From the IMG/VR virus record IMGVR_UViG_3300043399_000459, positions 1 through 58,714 of that record: a DNA stretch of 58,714 bases; one strand, given 5' to 3'. The position numbers were made by a program, and so were the translations under genes. Of this stretch, positions 7,696 to 16,901 are shown piece by piece; within the stretch, counting starts at the first letter, position 1, and each line of letters starts with the position of its first letter. This DNA is from a virus (lineage: Duplodnaviria; Caudoviricetes). A model generated the notes under the pieces. The model did not search any database and was not told the DNA's origin. It saw only the letters and a list, made by a program, of their open reading frames with translations.

Positions 7696-9218
7696 CCTAC
7701 GCCCTCGAAAAGATGGCGGATCCGCGCGTGGCAAGCGCAATGCCTGCCAACGACCACGCGTACTTCGACTGGCAGGCGCGGTGGTATCGTACCGCACGCA
7801 CCGTCCAGATACCGCCAGAGCCGGAGGAGCAGGCTGACTGGCTGACAGAGAACGCCGGCAGCCTGTACTTCGCGCCCACGGACGTGAGCCTGCCTTGGAA
7901 CGAGATGGGCTACATGGCCGGGCGCGGCTTCGGTAAGACGCGGGTGGGCGCCGAGTGGCTGGGGCGCGTCGCCGTCGAGTGCACGCGGGGCCTGCCCTAC
8001 GCCGTTGTCGCGCCGACCCAGAACGACGTGCGCATGACGTGCTTCGAGGGCATGAGCGGCCTGCGCAATACCATCCCTGAGGAGTGCATCGAGAAGTACA
8101 GCGCGGACGACCTGCGCATCATCCTGAAGAACGGCGCGACGATCCGCGGGTTCAGCGCCGAGAAGGCGGAGCGCTTGCGCGGGCCTGAACATGCTGCGGC
8201 GTGGTGTGATGAAATCGCGGCGTGGGGCAAGGACGCAGAGTACACGCTGGACATGCTCCAGATGGGCCTCCGCCTCGGGGAGCGGCCACGCCTGCTGTGG
8301 ACCTCCACCCCCAAGCCGAACGCGCTTGTGCGCAACCTGACCACGCCCCGCCCCGGCCGCCTCATCGTGTGCGGCTCGACGTACGACAACAAGGCGAACC
8401 TTGCAGGTAGCTTCTTCGACAACCTCGAGAAGTATTCCGGGACAAACCTCGGCCGGCAGGAGCTATACGGCGAGCTGATCGACCCCGAAGAGGCGGGCAT
8501 CATCAGGCGGAGCTGGTTCAGGCTGTGGCCTGCCGGAAAGCCGCTGCCGCGCTTCGACTGGATCATCATGTCGCTCGACACGGCCTACACCGAGAAGAGC
8601 GTCGACACGAAGGGCGACCCGGATCCGACCGCGTGCAGCGTGTGGGGCGTCTTCCAGCACGAGAAGCGCGCCAACGTGATCCTGCTCGACTGCTGGGAGG
8701 ACCACCTCGGCCTGCCCGACCTCATGCGCCGCGTCAGGCGCGAACTCAACACGGCCTACGGCGACGACGAGGACACGGCGCTGATCAAGCCGATGTTCGG
8801 CAGCAGCAAGCCGCTCACCTCCGGCCGCAAGCCGGACATCCTGCTCATCGAGGACAAGGGCAGCGGCATCAGCCTGCGCCAGATGCTGGCCGAGGCGGGC
8901 ATCGAGGCCTACGCCTACAACCCGGGCCGCGCAGACAAGCTCAGCCGCCTGCACATCGTCAGCCCCGTCTTCGCGCAGAAGCGCGTGTGGCTGCCCGAGA
9001 GCGACCGGAGCCCGGGCAAGCCGCGCACGTGGGCCGACCCGCTGGTCACGCAGCTCTGCTCCTTCACTGGGGAGGGCAGCATCAAGCACGACGACCTCCT
9101 CGACAGTTGCACGCAGGCGCTGCGTCTCTGCATGGATAAGGGCTTGGTATCGTTGATCAAGCAAGCCCCAGTCGACAACACGCCGCCGAAGCAGTATATC
9201 AACCCCTATTCCCAGTGA
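7692..9218 (+). CDS. terL: Terminase large subunit
   Basis: AGRGFGKTR Walker A, LRGP, WCDE Walker B, TSTPK, SLDTA, IEDKGSG, HDD nuclease motifs. Confidence 0.95.
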   Translation: MTYALEKMADPRVASAMPANDHAYFDWQARWYRTARTVQIPPEPEEQADWLTENAGSLYFAPTDVSLPWNEMGYMAGRGFGKTRVGAEWLGRVAVECTRGLPYAVVAPTQNDVRMTCFEGMSGLRNTIPEECIEKYSADDLRIILKNGATIRGFSAEKAERLRGPEHAAAWCDEIAAWGKDAEYTLDMLQMGLRLGERPRLLWTSTPKPNALVRNLTTPRPGRLIVCGSTYDNKANLAGSFFDNLEKYSGTNLGRQELYGELIDPEEAGIIRRSWFRLWPAGKPLPRFDWIIMSLDTAYTEKSVDTKGDPDPTACSVWGVFQHEKRANVILLDCWEDHLGLPDLMRRVRRELNTAYGDDEDTALIKPMFGSSKPLTSGRKPDILLIEDKGSGISLRQMLAEAGIEAYAYNPGRADKLSRLHIVSPVFAQKRVWLPESDRSPGKPRTWADPLVTQLCSFTGEGSIKHDDLLDSCTQALRLCMDKGLVSLIKQAPVDNTPPKQYINPYSQ

Positions 9219-9229
9219 CAGGACGCCCG

Positions 9230-11797
9230 ATGGACGAAGACGAAATCCAGAGCGAAGAGGACATCCGCGCGGGTGAGTACATGCCGCTGGACGGCGCGGA
9301 GGACGACGTCGAGGACACGCCTGACGGCGGCGCGATCGTCACCCTCGACGACGAGGACGGCCCGGCCAAGGGCGAGAGCGAGTTCTACGCCAACCTAGCC
9401 GAGACGCTGCCCGACAGCGAGCTGAACACCCTGTCGAGCAGCCTGCTGGACCTGATCAGCAAGGACAAGGAGGCGCGCAGCAAGCGCGACCAGCAGTACG
9501 AGGAGGGCATCAAGCGCACCGGCCTCGGCGACGAGGCACCCGGCGGCGCGCAGTTCTCCGGCGCGTCGAAGGTCGTGCACCCGATGCTGACCGAGGCGTG
9601 CATCGACTTCGCGGCGCGGGCCATGAAGGAACTGTTCCCGCCCATGGGTCCGGCCAAGGACTTCGTGCCGGGCAAGCAGACCGAGGACAAGCTCCTCAAG
9701 GCCAAGCGCAAGACGACGCTGCTCAACTGGCAGATGACCGTGCAGTGCCCCGAGGTGCGCGCGGAACTCGAGCAGCTCATGACGCAGGTGCCGCTCGGCG
9801 GCGCGCAGTACATGAAGCTGGGCTGGGACGACAAGCGCAACCGCCCGACGTTCCTGTTCGTCGCGATCGACGACATGTACCTGCCCTACGCGGCGACCAA
9901 TTTCTATACGGCGCAGCGCCGTACGCACGTACAGTACCTGACGCAGCTTGACTACGAGCAGCGCGTCAAGAGCGGCATGTATCGCGACGTCGACCTGACG
10001 CCGCCGGGCATGGAGCCGGAGCTGTCAGGCGCAGGCAAGGCCAACGACAAGATCGAGGGCCGCAGCGCCACGAGCTACAACGAGGACGGCCTGCGCATCG
10101 TCTACGAGGTCTACGCCATCGCGCAGATCGGCGACGACGAGGACGCGGCGCCCTACATCATCAGCATCGACAAGCCGACCGGCAAGGTGCTGTCGATCTA
10201 CCGCAACTGGGACGAGGAAGACGAGACCCGCGAGGAGCTTCAGTGGTTCGTCGAGTTCCCCTTCATCCCGTGGCGCGGCGCGTACCCGATCGGCCTGCCG
10301 CACATGATCGGCGGCCTCTCCGGCGCGGCGACCGGCGCGCTGCGTGCGCTGCTTGACGCGGCGCACATCCAGAACACGCCATCAGGCCTCAAGCTGAAGG
10401 GCGCCAAGATCGGCGGCCAGTCAGAGAGCCCCGTGCCGGGCGAGATCAAGGAGATCGAGGGCGGCCTGAACGTCGACGACGTGCGCAAGCTGTTCATGCC
10501 GATGCCCTACAACCCACCATCCCCGGTGCTGTTCTCGCTGCTCGGCTTCCTGATCGACGCGGGCAAGGGCGTGGTGCGCACGGCGCTGGAGGACATCGCC
10601 GACGGCAACCCCAACGCGCCTGTCGGCACGACGCTGGCCAAGCTTGAGCAGGGCATGGTGGTGTTCAGCGCCATCCACAGCCGCCTGCACGACAGCATGG
10701 CGCGCATGTTGCGCGTGTTGCACCGCCTCAACGCCATGTATCTCGACGACGAGGCGCTGGAGAACGAGGCGGGCGAGGAGTTGGCCGAGCGCAAGGACTT
10801 CGAGGGGCCGCTCGACGTGGTGCCGGTGTCCGACCCGAACATCTTCAGCGAGACGCAGCGCTTTGCGCAGATGCAGGCCGTCGCCCAGCGCGCGGCGCAA
10901 CTGCCGCAACTCTACGACCTGCGCAAGGTCGAGGAGCGCATCCTCGAGACGCTCAAGGTGCCCAACGCGAAGGACTTGCTGGTCCCGCCGATGGAGCCGA
11001 AGGAGCAGAACGCCGTCAACGAGAACGTCGCGGCGTCGCTCGGCAGGCCCATCCTCGCCTTCCCCGAGCAGGACCACCTCGCGCACCTGCAGACGCACGT
11101 GTCGTTCCTCACCAACCCGATCTTCGGCAGCAGCGAGCTGTTCGCCGGCACGTTCATCCCGGCCATCCTGAACCACATGAAGGAGCACATGGTGCTCTGG
11201 TATGCGGCGCAGGTGGTCGAGATCAGCAACGACGCGATCGGCGAGGATCTCGGCAAGGTGATGAAGGAGATGGGCAAGGACAACGAGGAGCGCCGCGCCC
11301 TCGACCGCATGCTCGCCGAGGCGTCGAACGTCGTCAGCGACGCGGGCAGCCAAGTCTTCAGCCAGCTTCCGGCGGTCATGCAGCAGGCGCAGCAGATCAT
11401 GGCGCAACTGCAGCAGGGTCAGCCCGCCCCGCAGGATCCGAGGCTGGCGCTTGAGGGCCAGAAGCTCCAGATGCAGGCCCAGCGCGACCAGCAGCAGATG
11501 CAACTGGCGCAGGCCAAGATGCAGGCCGACGCGCAGCAGGGCGCCATGGACGCCCAGACCGACGCGCAGCGCATGCAGATGGAGGCGCAGCAGAAGGCGG
11601 CAGAGTTGCAGGCACGCCTGCAGATCGAGGCGCAGCGCCAAGAGGCAGAGGACACCCGCAAGGCGGCGGATATCGACGCCAAGCTGGCCATGAACGCAGA
11701 GGACAACCAGACCGCGATGCGGCTGGCTGCCGCAGAGATCGCAAGCGGCGAGCGTGTCGCCGTGTCCACAGGGGCGGGGATAAACCCGAACCCTTGA
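9230..11797 (+). CDS. Portal protein with long Gln-rich C-terminal coiled coil
   Basis: VVHPML, APVGTTLA.LEQG, PVSDPNI motifs; follows terL. Confidence 0.9.
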   Translation: MDEDEIQSEEDIRAGEYMPLDGAEDDVEDTPDGGAIVTLDDEDGPAKGESEFYANLAETLPDSELNTLSSSLLDLISKDKEARSKRDQQYEEGIKRTGLGDEAPGGAQFSGASKVVHPMLTEACIDFAARAMKELFPPMGPAKDFVPGKQTEDKLLKAKRKTTLLNWQMTVQCPEVRAELEQLMTQVPLGGAQYMKLGWDDKRNRPTFLFVAIDDMYLPYAATNFYTAQRRTHVQYLTQLDYEQRVKSGMYRDVDLTPPGMEPELSGAGKANDKIEGRSATSYNEDGLRIVYEVYAIAQIGDDEDAAPYIISIDKPTGKVLSIYRNWDEEDETREELQWFVEFPFIPWRGAYPIGLPHMIGGLSGAATGALRALLDAAHIQNTPSGLKLKGAKIGGQSESPVPGEIKEIEGGLNVDDVRKLFMPMPYNPPSPVLFSLLGFLIDAGKGVVRTALEDIADGNPNAPVGTTLAKLEQGMVVFSAIHSRLHDSMARMLRVLHRLNAMYLDDEALENEAGEELAERKDFEGPLDVVPVSDPNIFSETQRFAQMQAVAQRAAQLPQLYDLRKVEERILETLKVPNAKDLLVPPMEPKEQNAVNENVAASLGRPILAFPEQDHLAHLQTHVSFLTNPIFGSSELFAGTFIPAILNHMKEHMVLWYAAQVVEISNDAIGEDLGKVMKEMGKDNEERRALDRMLAEASNVVSDAGSQVFSQLPAVMQQAQQIMAQLQQGQPAPQDPRLALEGQKLQMQAQRDQQQMQLAQAKMQADAQQGAMDAQTDAQRMQMEAQQKAAELQARLQIEAQRQEAEDTRKAADIDAKLAMNAEDNQTAMRLAAAEIASGERVAVSTGAGINPNP

Positions 11798-11815
11798 GCC
11801 AGTGAGGAGTGACCG

Positions 11816-11947
11816 ATGGCGCGAACGCCCAAGCAGAAAACTACTCCTCAGCAGCCCCCGCTGGCTGTTGAGGAGACCACCGACAACGCCAAGCCTGACA
11901 CCAGCGAGCGTGCGCGCCTGCTGGCCATGGGCCAGAAGAAGGACTGA
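11816..11947 (+). CDS. 43-aa hypothetical protein
   Basis: GAGGAG RBS; hand-translated. Confidence 0.55.
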   Translation: MARTPKQKTTPQQPPLAVEETTDNAKPDTSERARLLAMGQKKD

Positions 11948-11952
11948 CGACA

Positions 11953-12093
11953 ATGGCAAAGAACGACGCGTCCCTGAGCAAGGGCAAGGAGACCGGCAGC
12001 ATCAACGCCGAGAACACCAACATGCACAAGCTGCTCAAGATGGGCCAGCAGCCCAAGCTTGAAGTCGGCGGCGGCAAGAAGACGCCCGCGTGA
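11953..12093 (+). CDS. 46-aa hypothetical protein
   Basis: AAGGA RBS; shares an LLxMGQ motif with the previous ORF. Confidence 0.6.
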   Translation: MAKNDASLSKGKETGSINAENTNMHKLLKMGQQPKLEVGGGKKTPA

Positions 12094-12281
12094 GACTGGA
12101 GACCCTGCTTCAGTGCCTGAAGGACGAGCAGAGCAAGCTCGCCCAGCAGACGCTGGAGCAGCCCCTCCCGGGCGACTTCAACTACGGCAAGGCTGTAGGA
12201 ATGTACGCGGGCCTCGAGTTGGCCCAGCGCGTCCTGATCGACCTCGTGGCCGAGAAGGATAGGAGAGATTTCAACCTCTAA
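12090..12281 (+). CDS. Hypothetical head-module protein
   Basis: YGKAVGMYAGL motif, typical of the gene between portal and co-chaperonin. Confidence 0.75.
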   Translation: MRLETLLQCLKDEQSKLAQQTLEQPLPGDFNYGKAVGMYAGLELAQRVLIDLVAEKDRRDFNL

Positions 12282-12300
12282 CCTGCTAGAAGGAGCGACC

Positions 12301-12729
12301 ATGCAGGCGTATGAAATGAACAAAGTAGAGTTCGCCTTTGATGGCGAGGAGGACGCATTCCCGGTTATGGATCCGGGCGTCCAGCCGTTCGGCAGCCGCG
12401 TGCTGCTGCAGATACGGCGGGCGAAGACCAAGACGAAGGGCGGCATCTTTCTGGCCGGCGAGACGCGTGACACGGAGATGTGGAACACGCAGGTCGCCAA
12501 GGTCATTGCCATGGGCCCCCTCGCCTTCCACAACCGCAACACCATGGAGCCTTGGCCTGAGGGCGCTTGGGTCCACGTGGGCGACTACGTCCGCGCGCCG
12601 AAATACGGGGGAGACCGCTGGTCTGTCCGTACCGAAGACGGGGAGGAGATCCTCTTCGTCATTTTCAACGACCTCGACTTGCTGGGCAAGATCACTGGCG
12701 ACCCGCTCGCAGTGAAGGCGTTCCTGTAA
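12301..12729 (+). CDS. groES: Co-chaperonin GroES-like
   Basis: QPFGSRVLL...KTKGGIFL...VIAMGP...VGDYV...KYGG. Confidence 0.88.
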   Translation: MQAYEMNKVEFAFDGEEDAFPVMDPGVQPFGSRVLLQIRRAKTKTKGGIFLAGETRDTEMWNTQVAKVIAMGPLAFHNRNTMEPWPEGAWVHVGDYVRAPKYGGDRWSVRTEDGEEILFVIFNDLDLLGKITGDPLAVKAFL

Positions 12730-12755
12730 CTCGATAAGGCTGAAAGGAGCCGGTC

Positions 12756-13694
12756 ATGAATACGTTGACTGAAGACGACGACAACACCCCCGACACCGAC
12801 GAGCTGATCCCCGTAGAGACGCCGCCCGAGGCTGAGGAAGCCGAGGACGACGATCAGGACGAGGAGGACGAGCGGCTCGCGCAGAGCGAGGATGACCACG
12901 AGGACGACATAGCATCCTCGAGCAACCGTGACCGCCGCCGCAAGCGCCGCGAGATCCAGAAGAAGGCCCGCGACGCGGCACAGCGTGAGCTGGAGGAGTT
13001 GCGGCGCACCGTCGCCGTCCTCTCGCAGCGCGTGGCGCAGACCGAGACGCAGTCCGCCACGGCGGCCGCGACTACAGCCGAGCAGACGATCGAGCAGCGC
13101 CTCGCCCAGACCCTGCGCGACATTCAGCAGGCCGAGGCCATCATGGCCAAGGCGGCGGAGGCCGGCAACGGTGACGACATGGTCGCGGCCATGAAGATCC
13201 GCGATCAGGCCATGCAGGAGGCGCAGCAGCTCCAGTACAACCGGCAGCAGGTCCAGCAGGCCAAGCAGCAGGCCACCCAGCCGCGTGTCGACCCGCAGGT
13301 GGTCAACTACGCCAAGGAGTGGATGCAGGCCAACCCGTGGTATGACCCCAACGCGGGGGACCGCGACAGCGCCCTGACCAAGGCGATCGACAACGAGCTG
13401 GCACGCGAGGGCTATGACCCTGCCAGCCGAATCTACTGGGAAGAACTGACTACCCGCGTCGCCGACGCGCTGTCCGAGAAGGGTGGCGACGAGGCCGCGA
13501 GGGCTCCGCGCCGCAAGGCACCGCCGACGGGCAACACGCGCGAGCACGCGCCCGCCAGCACCAAAAAAGAAATCTACGTGACACCTGAACGCAAACAGGC
13601 TATGATTGAGGCGGGCGTATGGGACGACCCTGTAGCCCGCAATCGTTACCTGAAAGCTTATCAGGAATATGATCGCGGAAATTCGGCACGCTAA
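12756..13694 (+). CDS. Scaffolding-like coiled-coil protein
   Basis: Acidic N-terminus, coiled coil, WMQANPWY; head-module position. Confidence 0.65.
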   Translation: MNTLTEDDDNTPDTDELIPVETPPEAEEAEDDDQDEEDERLAQSEDDHEDDIASSSNRDRRRKRREIQKKARDAAQRELEELRRTVAVLSQRVAQTETQSATAAATTAEQTIEQRLAQTLRDIQQAEAIMAKAAEAGNGDDMVAAMKIRDQAMQEAQQLQYNRQQVQQAKQQATQPRVDPQVVNYAKEWMQANPWYDPNAGDRDSALTKAIDNELAREGYDPASRIYWEELTTRVADALSEKGGDEAARAPRRKAPPTGNTREHAPASTKKEIYVTPERKQAMIEAGVWDDPVARNRYLKAYQEYDRGNSAR

Positions 13695-13710
13695 ACTTGG
13701 AGTGTGACAC

Positions 13711-14262
13711 ATGACTACAGAACGTGAAGACGCCCGCTTGAAGAAGGAATTTGATGTTGTTGGACGCCGCGAGGCTACCCGGCACTCTCAGGACCGGCAG
13801 GTTACCGAGAGCAGGGAGCTTAGCGAAGACGACCGACTGGAGATGTTCCGGAATCAGCTCTTTAACGACGCACTACCTGACCTGCCGGACCTTCCGGGCT
13901 ATCATATGTGCTGGCTCACAACTACCAACCCGCGCGACCCGATCTATCGCCGCATGCAGCTCGGATACGAGCCTGTGAAGGCGGAGGAGATGCCCGGGAT
14001 GGCCCACGCCACGGTCAAGACCGGCGAGTATGCCGGGATGCTCGGGGTCAACGAGATGCTCGCGTTTAAGCTGCCCTTGAGCCTCTACGAGAAGTTCATG
14101 CAGGAAGCTCACCACGAGGCTCCGCTGCGGGAAGAGAACAAATTGGCCGAAGTCGCGGAGATGATGCGCGAGCAGGCCGAGAGAGCCGGTACTACGCTAT
14201 TGGAAGGCGATGGCATGTCGGAGATGCGTGAATACGCTCCTCGCCGAGGTATATTCAACTAG
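13711..14262 (+). CDS. Conserved head-module protein
   Basis: PGYHMCW...GYEPV motif. Confidence 0.75.
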   Translation: MTTEREDARLKKEFDVVGRREATRHSQDRQVTESRELSEDDRLEMFRNQLFNDALPDLPDLPGYHMCWLTTTNPRDPIYRRMQLGYEPVKAEEMPGMAHATVKTGEYAGMLGVNEMLAFKLPLSLYEKFMQEAHHEAPLREENKLAEVAEMMREQAERAGTTLLEGDGMSEMREYAPRRGIFN

Positions 14263-14299
14263 GCGAGGGTAAACGCAATTCCTTTAGAGGAACCTAACG

Positions 14300-14848
14300 A
14301 TGGCTTCTATTTCTGCCCCGTTTGGTCTGCGCCCTTCGTACTCGCCAAGCGGTGTGGTTCGCCCCACCGCCTACTCGATTGCCGGGAACTACGCGACCAC
14401 CATCTACCAGAACCAGCCGGTAAAGCTGGTCGACGGTAACCTCGAAGCTGCCGCCGTGAACGACCGCTTTATCGGCACGTTCCAAGGCGTGGAGTGGACT
14501 GACAGCGACGGCCGCCGCCGCGTCAGCAACAAGTGGGTCGCCCAGTCGGGCGCAACCGACATCGTTGCCTACGCGACGCTCGACCCGAGCATTGTCTACG
14601 AGATCCAGTCGAACGCGGCACTCACCGCCGCCGACATTGGCGCTCAGTACGACTTTACCGCCGCCTCTGGCAGCGCCACCGTTGGCATCTCTACCCAGAT
14701 GCTCGACGTGGCCTCTGTTGCTAACAACGCCGCGTTTCGCGTTATTGGTATCACTCCCGGCGCGAACAACGCTTGGGGCGACACCTACGTGATCGTTCAG
14801 GTCCAGATCAGCGAGCATCAGAACGTCGCTGACGTGGTTGATTATTGA
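14300..14848 (+). CDS. Capsid decoration/cement-like protein
   Basis: APFGLRP N-terminus, GTFQGVEWTD, DPSIVYEIQ; precedes the major capsid gene. Confidence 0.7.
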   Translation: MASISAPFGLRPSYSPSGVVRPTAYSIAGNYATTIYQNQPVKLVDGNLEAAAVNDRFIGTFQGVEWTDSDGRRRVSNKWVAQSGATDIVAYATLDPSIVYEIQSNAALTAADIGAQYDFTAASGSATVGISTQMLDVASVANNAAFRVIGITPGANNAWGDTYVIVQVQISEHQNVADVVDY

Positions 14849-14859
14849 TTTGTAGCCCC

Positions 14860-15600
14860 ATGAGCCACTACGCCTACATTCACGCCCGCCCAGACACCCG
14901 AGATGCTCTCGGCGTGTTCTATGTTGGCAAGGGTGCAGGCAGGCGGTTCCGCCCGAGTATCAGGCGGAACAGGCACCACAGCAATGTGGTTGCCAAGCAC
15001 GGCGCCGAGAACATCTTGGTTGGCGTAATTGAGTGCTCAAGCGAGGACATCGCCCACGCACTTGAGCGCGGCCTTATCAAGTGCCTTCGGCGCTCTGGCG
15101 CTAAACTGGTCAACCTGACCGACGGGGGCGAAGGCTCCTCCGGTTACGTCCCGACGGAAGAAGCCAAAGCCAAGATCGGCGAAGCTTTCCGTCGCAAGTG
15201 GTCCAACCCCGAGTATCGGGCAAAGGTCTCTGAAGCGCAGAAGCTCGCGCAGAAGAACCCCGCTAACTTCACTGAGAAGAAGCGGGCGTCCTCTCTACGC
15301 AATGCGGAAGTGGCGAGAGCAGCTTTGCAGAACCCGGAAGTCCGCGAACAGGCCAGACTTATAAACGCCGAGAAGTCACGGGCCATGTGGTCTGATCCCG
15401 CGTTCAAGGACGCGATGAAGAAGCGGCACGCCGCTTTGTGGGATGTGGATCGCAGAAAGGAAGTGTCCGCAAGAACTCGCGGGCGCGTCCGTATGACTAA
15501 CGGAGTGGAAGAGCGCAATGTGCTGCCCGAGCAAGTAGAAGAACTGCTTGCTATTGGCTGGACTAAGGGGCGCAGATCGTCTCCCAGAAAGGAATTATAA
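14860..15600 (+). CDS. Free-standing GIY-YIG homing endonuclease (NUMOD3-like)
   Basis: YAYIH...FYVGKG...R...ALE...LVNLTDGGEG...TEEAKAKIG; codon usage differs from neighbours. Confidence 0.82.
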   Translation: MSHYAYIHARPDTRDALGVFYVGKGAGRRFRPSIRRNRHHSNVVAKHGAENILVGVIECSSEDIAHALERGLIKCLRRSGAKLVNLTDGGEGSSGYVPTEEAKAKIGEAFRRKWSNPEYRAKVSEAQKLAQKNPANFTEKKRASSLRNAEVARAALQNPEVREQARLINAEKSRAMWSDPAFKDAMKKRHAALWDVDRRKEVSARTRGRVRMTNGVEERNVLPEQVEELLAIGWTKGRRSSPRKEL

Positions 15601-15601
15601 A

Positions 15602-16777
15602 ATGGCAACGCCAATGCGTTCAACCGATTTCCGCAGCATTAAGTGACAGTGCCCTCATACCGCGAGGTATGTTGAATAACCGCCTCTAATTGACTTGGAA
15701 GCCCGGAAGCGGGCGACAGGGGGCAAGCAAGCGAAAGCTGTGCAGCCTGAACGACTAAGCGAGGTGGCCCTCTGGTAACAGAGGTGATGCGATAGTCTGA
15801 ACCCCGGTATAACCCAAGAAGCCGGGGAGGGAGATCCGAAGAGGTTTCCCCGCCTGCCGCGAGGTAGGTCAGTAAGCGAAAGCTGAAAGTAACAGAAGTG
15901 TGTTGAGCCGATCCTGAACGAAGAGTTCAACGGCATCTATGACCAGCGCGCTGACGAATGGTCGCAGGTCTTCAAGGAGTTCAAGGGCATCCCCCGGAAC
16001 TACCACGAAGAGCCTGTCCTGTTCGGCTTCGGTGCCGCCCCGGAACTTCCGGACGGCATGCCGGTCACCTACCAGTCGGGCGGCACGCTGTTCATCCAGC
16101 GCTACGTCTACCGGGTGTATGGCCTCGCCTTCGCCCTGACCAAGGTGCTGGTGGAAGACGGCGACCACATCCGTATCGGCCAGACCTATGCGCGTCACCT
16201 CGCGCAGTCGCTGGTCGAGACCAAGGAGACCCTCGGCGCCAACATCCTCAATCGTGCGTTCAATGCGACGTACGTTGGTGGTGACGGCAAGGAACTGGTG
16301 GCGACGGATCATCCGATCGCCAATGGCACCTTCTCGAACGAACTGTCCACGGCAGCCAACCTGTCGCAGACCTCACTCGAGCAGCTCCTGATCCAGATCC
16401 GCAACGCTGTGGACAACAACGGCAAGCGCATCCGCCTGACGCCGAAGAAGATCGTCACTGGTCCTTCGAACGTCTTCCAAGCGGAAGTTCTGCTGAAGTC
16501 AGCCCTGCGTGCAGGCACCGCCAACAACGACATCAATCCGGTCCGCTCGATGGGCCTGCTTGATGACGGTCAGGCCAACCTGTCGCGTGTCACCTCGACG
16601 ACTGCATGGTGGATCCAGACCGACGCGCAGGAGGGCCTCAAGCTCGCCATGCGCCGTGGCTTGGAGAAGTCCATGGAGGGCGATTTCGAGACGGATTCAA
16701 TGCGTTATAAAGCCACGGAACGCTATGCGTTCGGCTGGACCGATCCACGCGGCATTTATGGCACAACTGGGCTGTGA
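15602..16777 (+). CDS. Major capsid protein, spliced (exons 15602-15639 and 15901-16777; 304 aa)
   Basis: Joining the exons gives MATPMRSTDFRSIVEPILNEEFNGIYDQ..., in frame with the 16058-16777 ORF ending GDFETDSMRYKATERYAFGWTDPRG. Confidence 0.9.
15640..15900 (+). ncRNA. Group I self-splicing intron, ORF-less, 261 nt
   Basis: Exon U15639 pairs with G15649 in P1 (GCAU/GUGC); P10 GACA/UGUU; P7 GACUA/UAGUC; several GNRA-capped stems; ends in omega-G15900; removal restores the frame. Confidence 0.9.
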
Positions 16778-16808
16778 TCTAACAGACTGAAAAGCAATGC
16801 TTTTCGAG

Positions 16809-16843
16809 GTGGCTCCCGTCTCAGTGACGGGGGCCACTTTTTT
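16809..16843 (+). terminator. Rho-independent terminator after the capsid gene
   Basis: GTGGCTCCCGTC-TCAGT-GACGGGGGCCAC-TTTTTT. Confidence 0.85.
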
Positions 16844-16901
16844 GTTTGCTATCCTGCGTCTGGTTTTGTATCTTACAAAGCCAGTCACGAAGGAGCGAAA
16901 T

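Noticed and set aside
10421-11959. Long antisense ORFs here and at 18457-19785, 30749-32215, 37481-38677 and 39318-40583
   Set aside because: Expected shadows of high-GC3 genes; they show no motifs or RBS.
16058-16777. Capsid gene as a truncated 239-aa ORF or pseudogene
   Set aside because: Explained by the group I intron; splicing restores the N-terminus.
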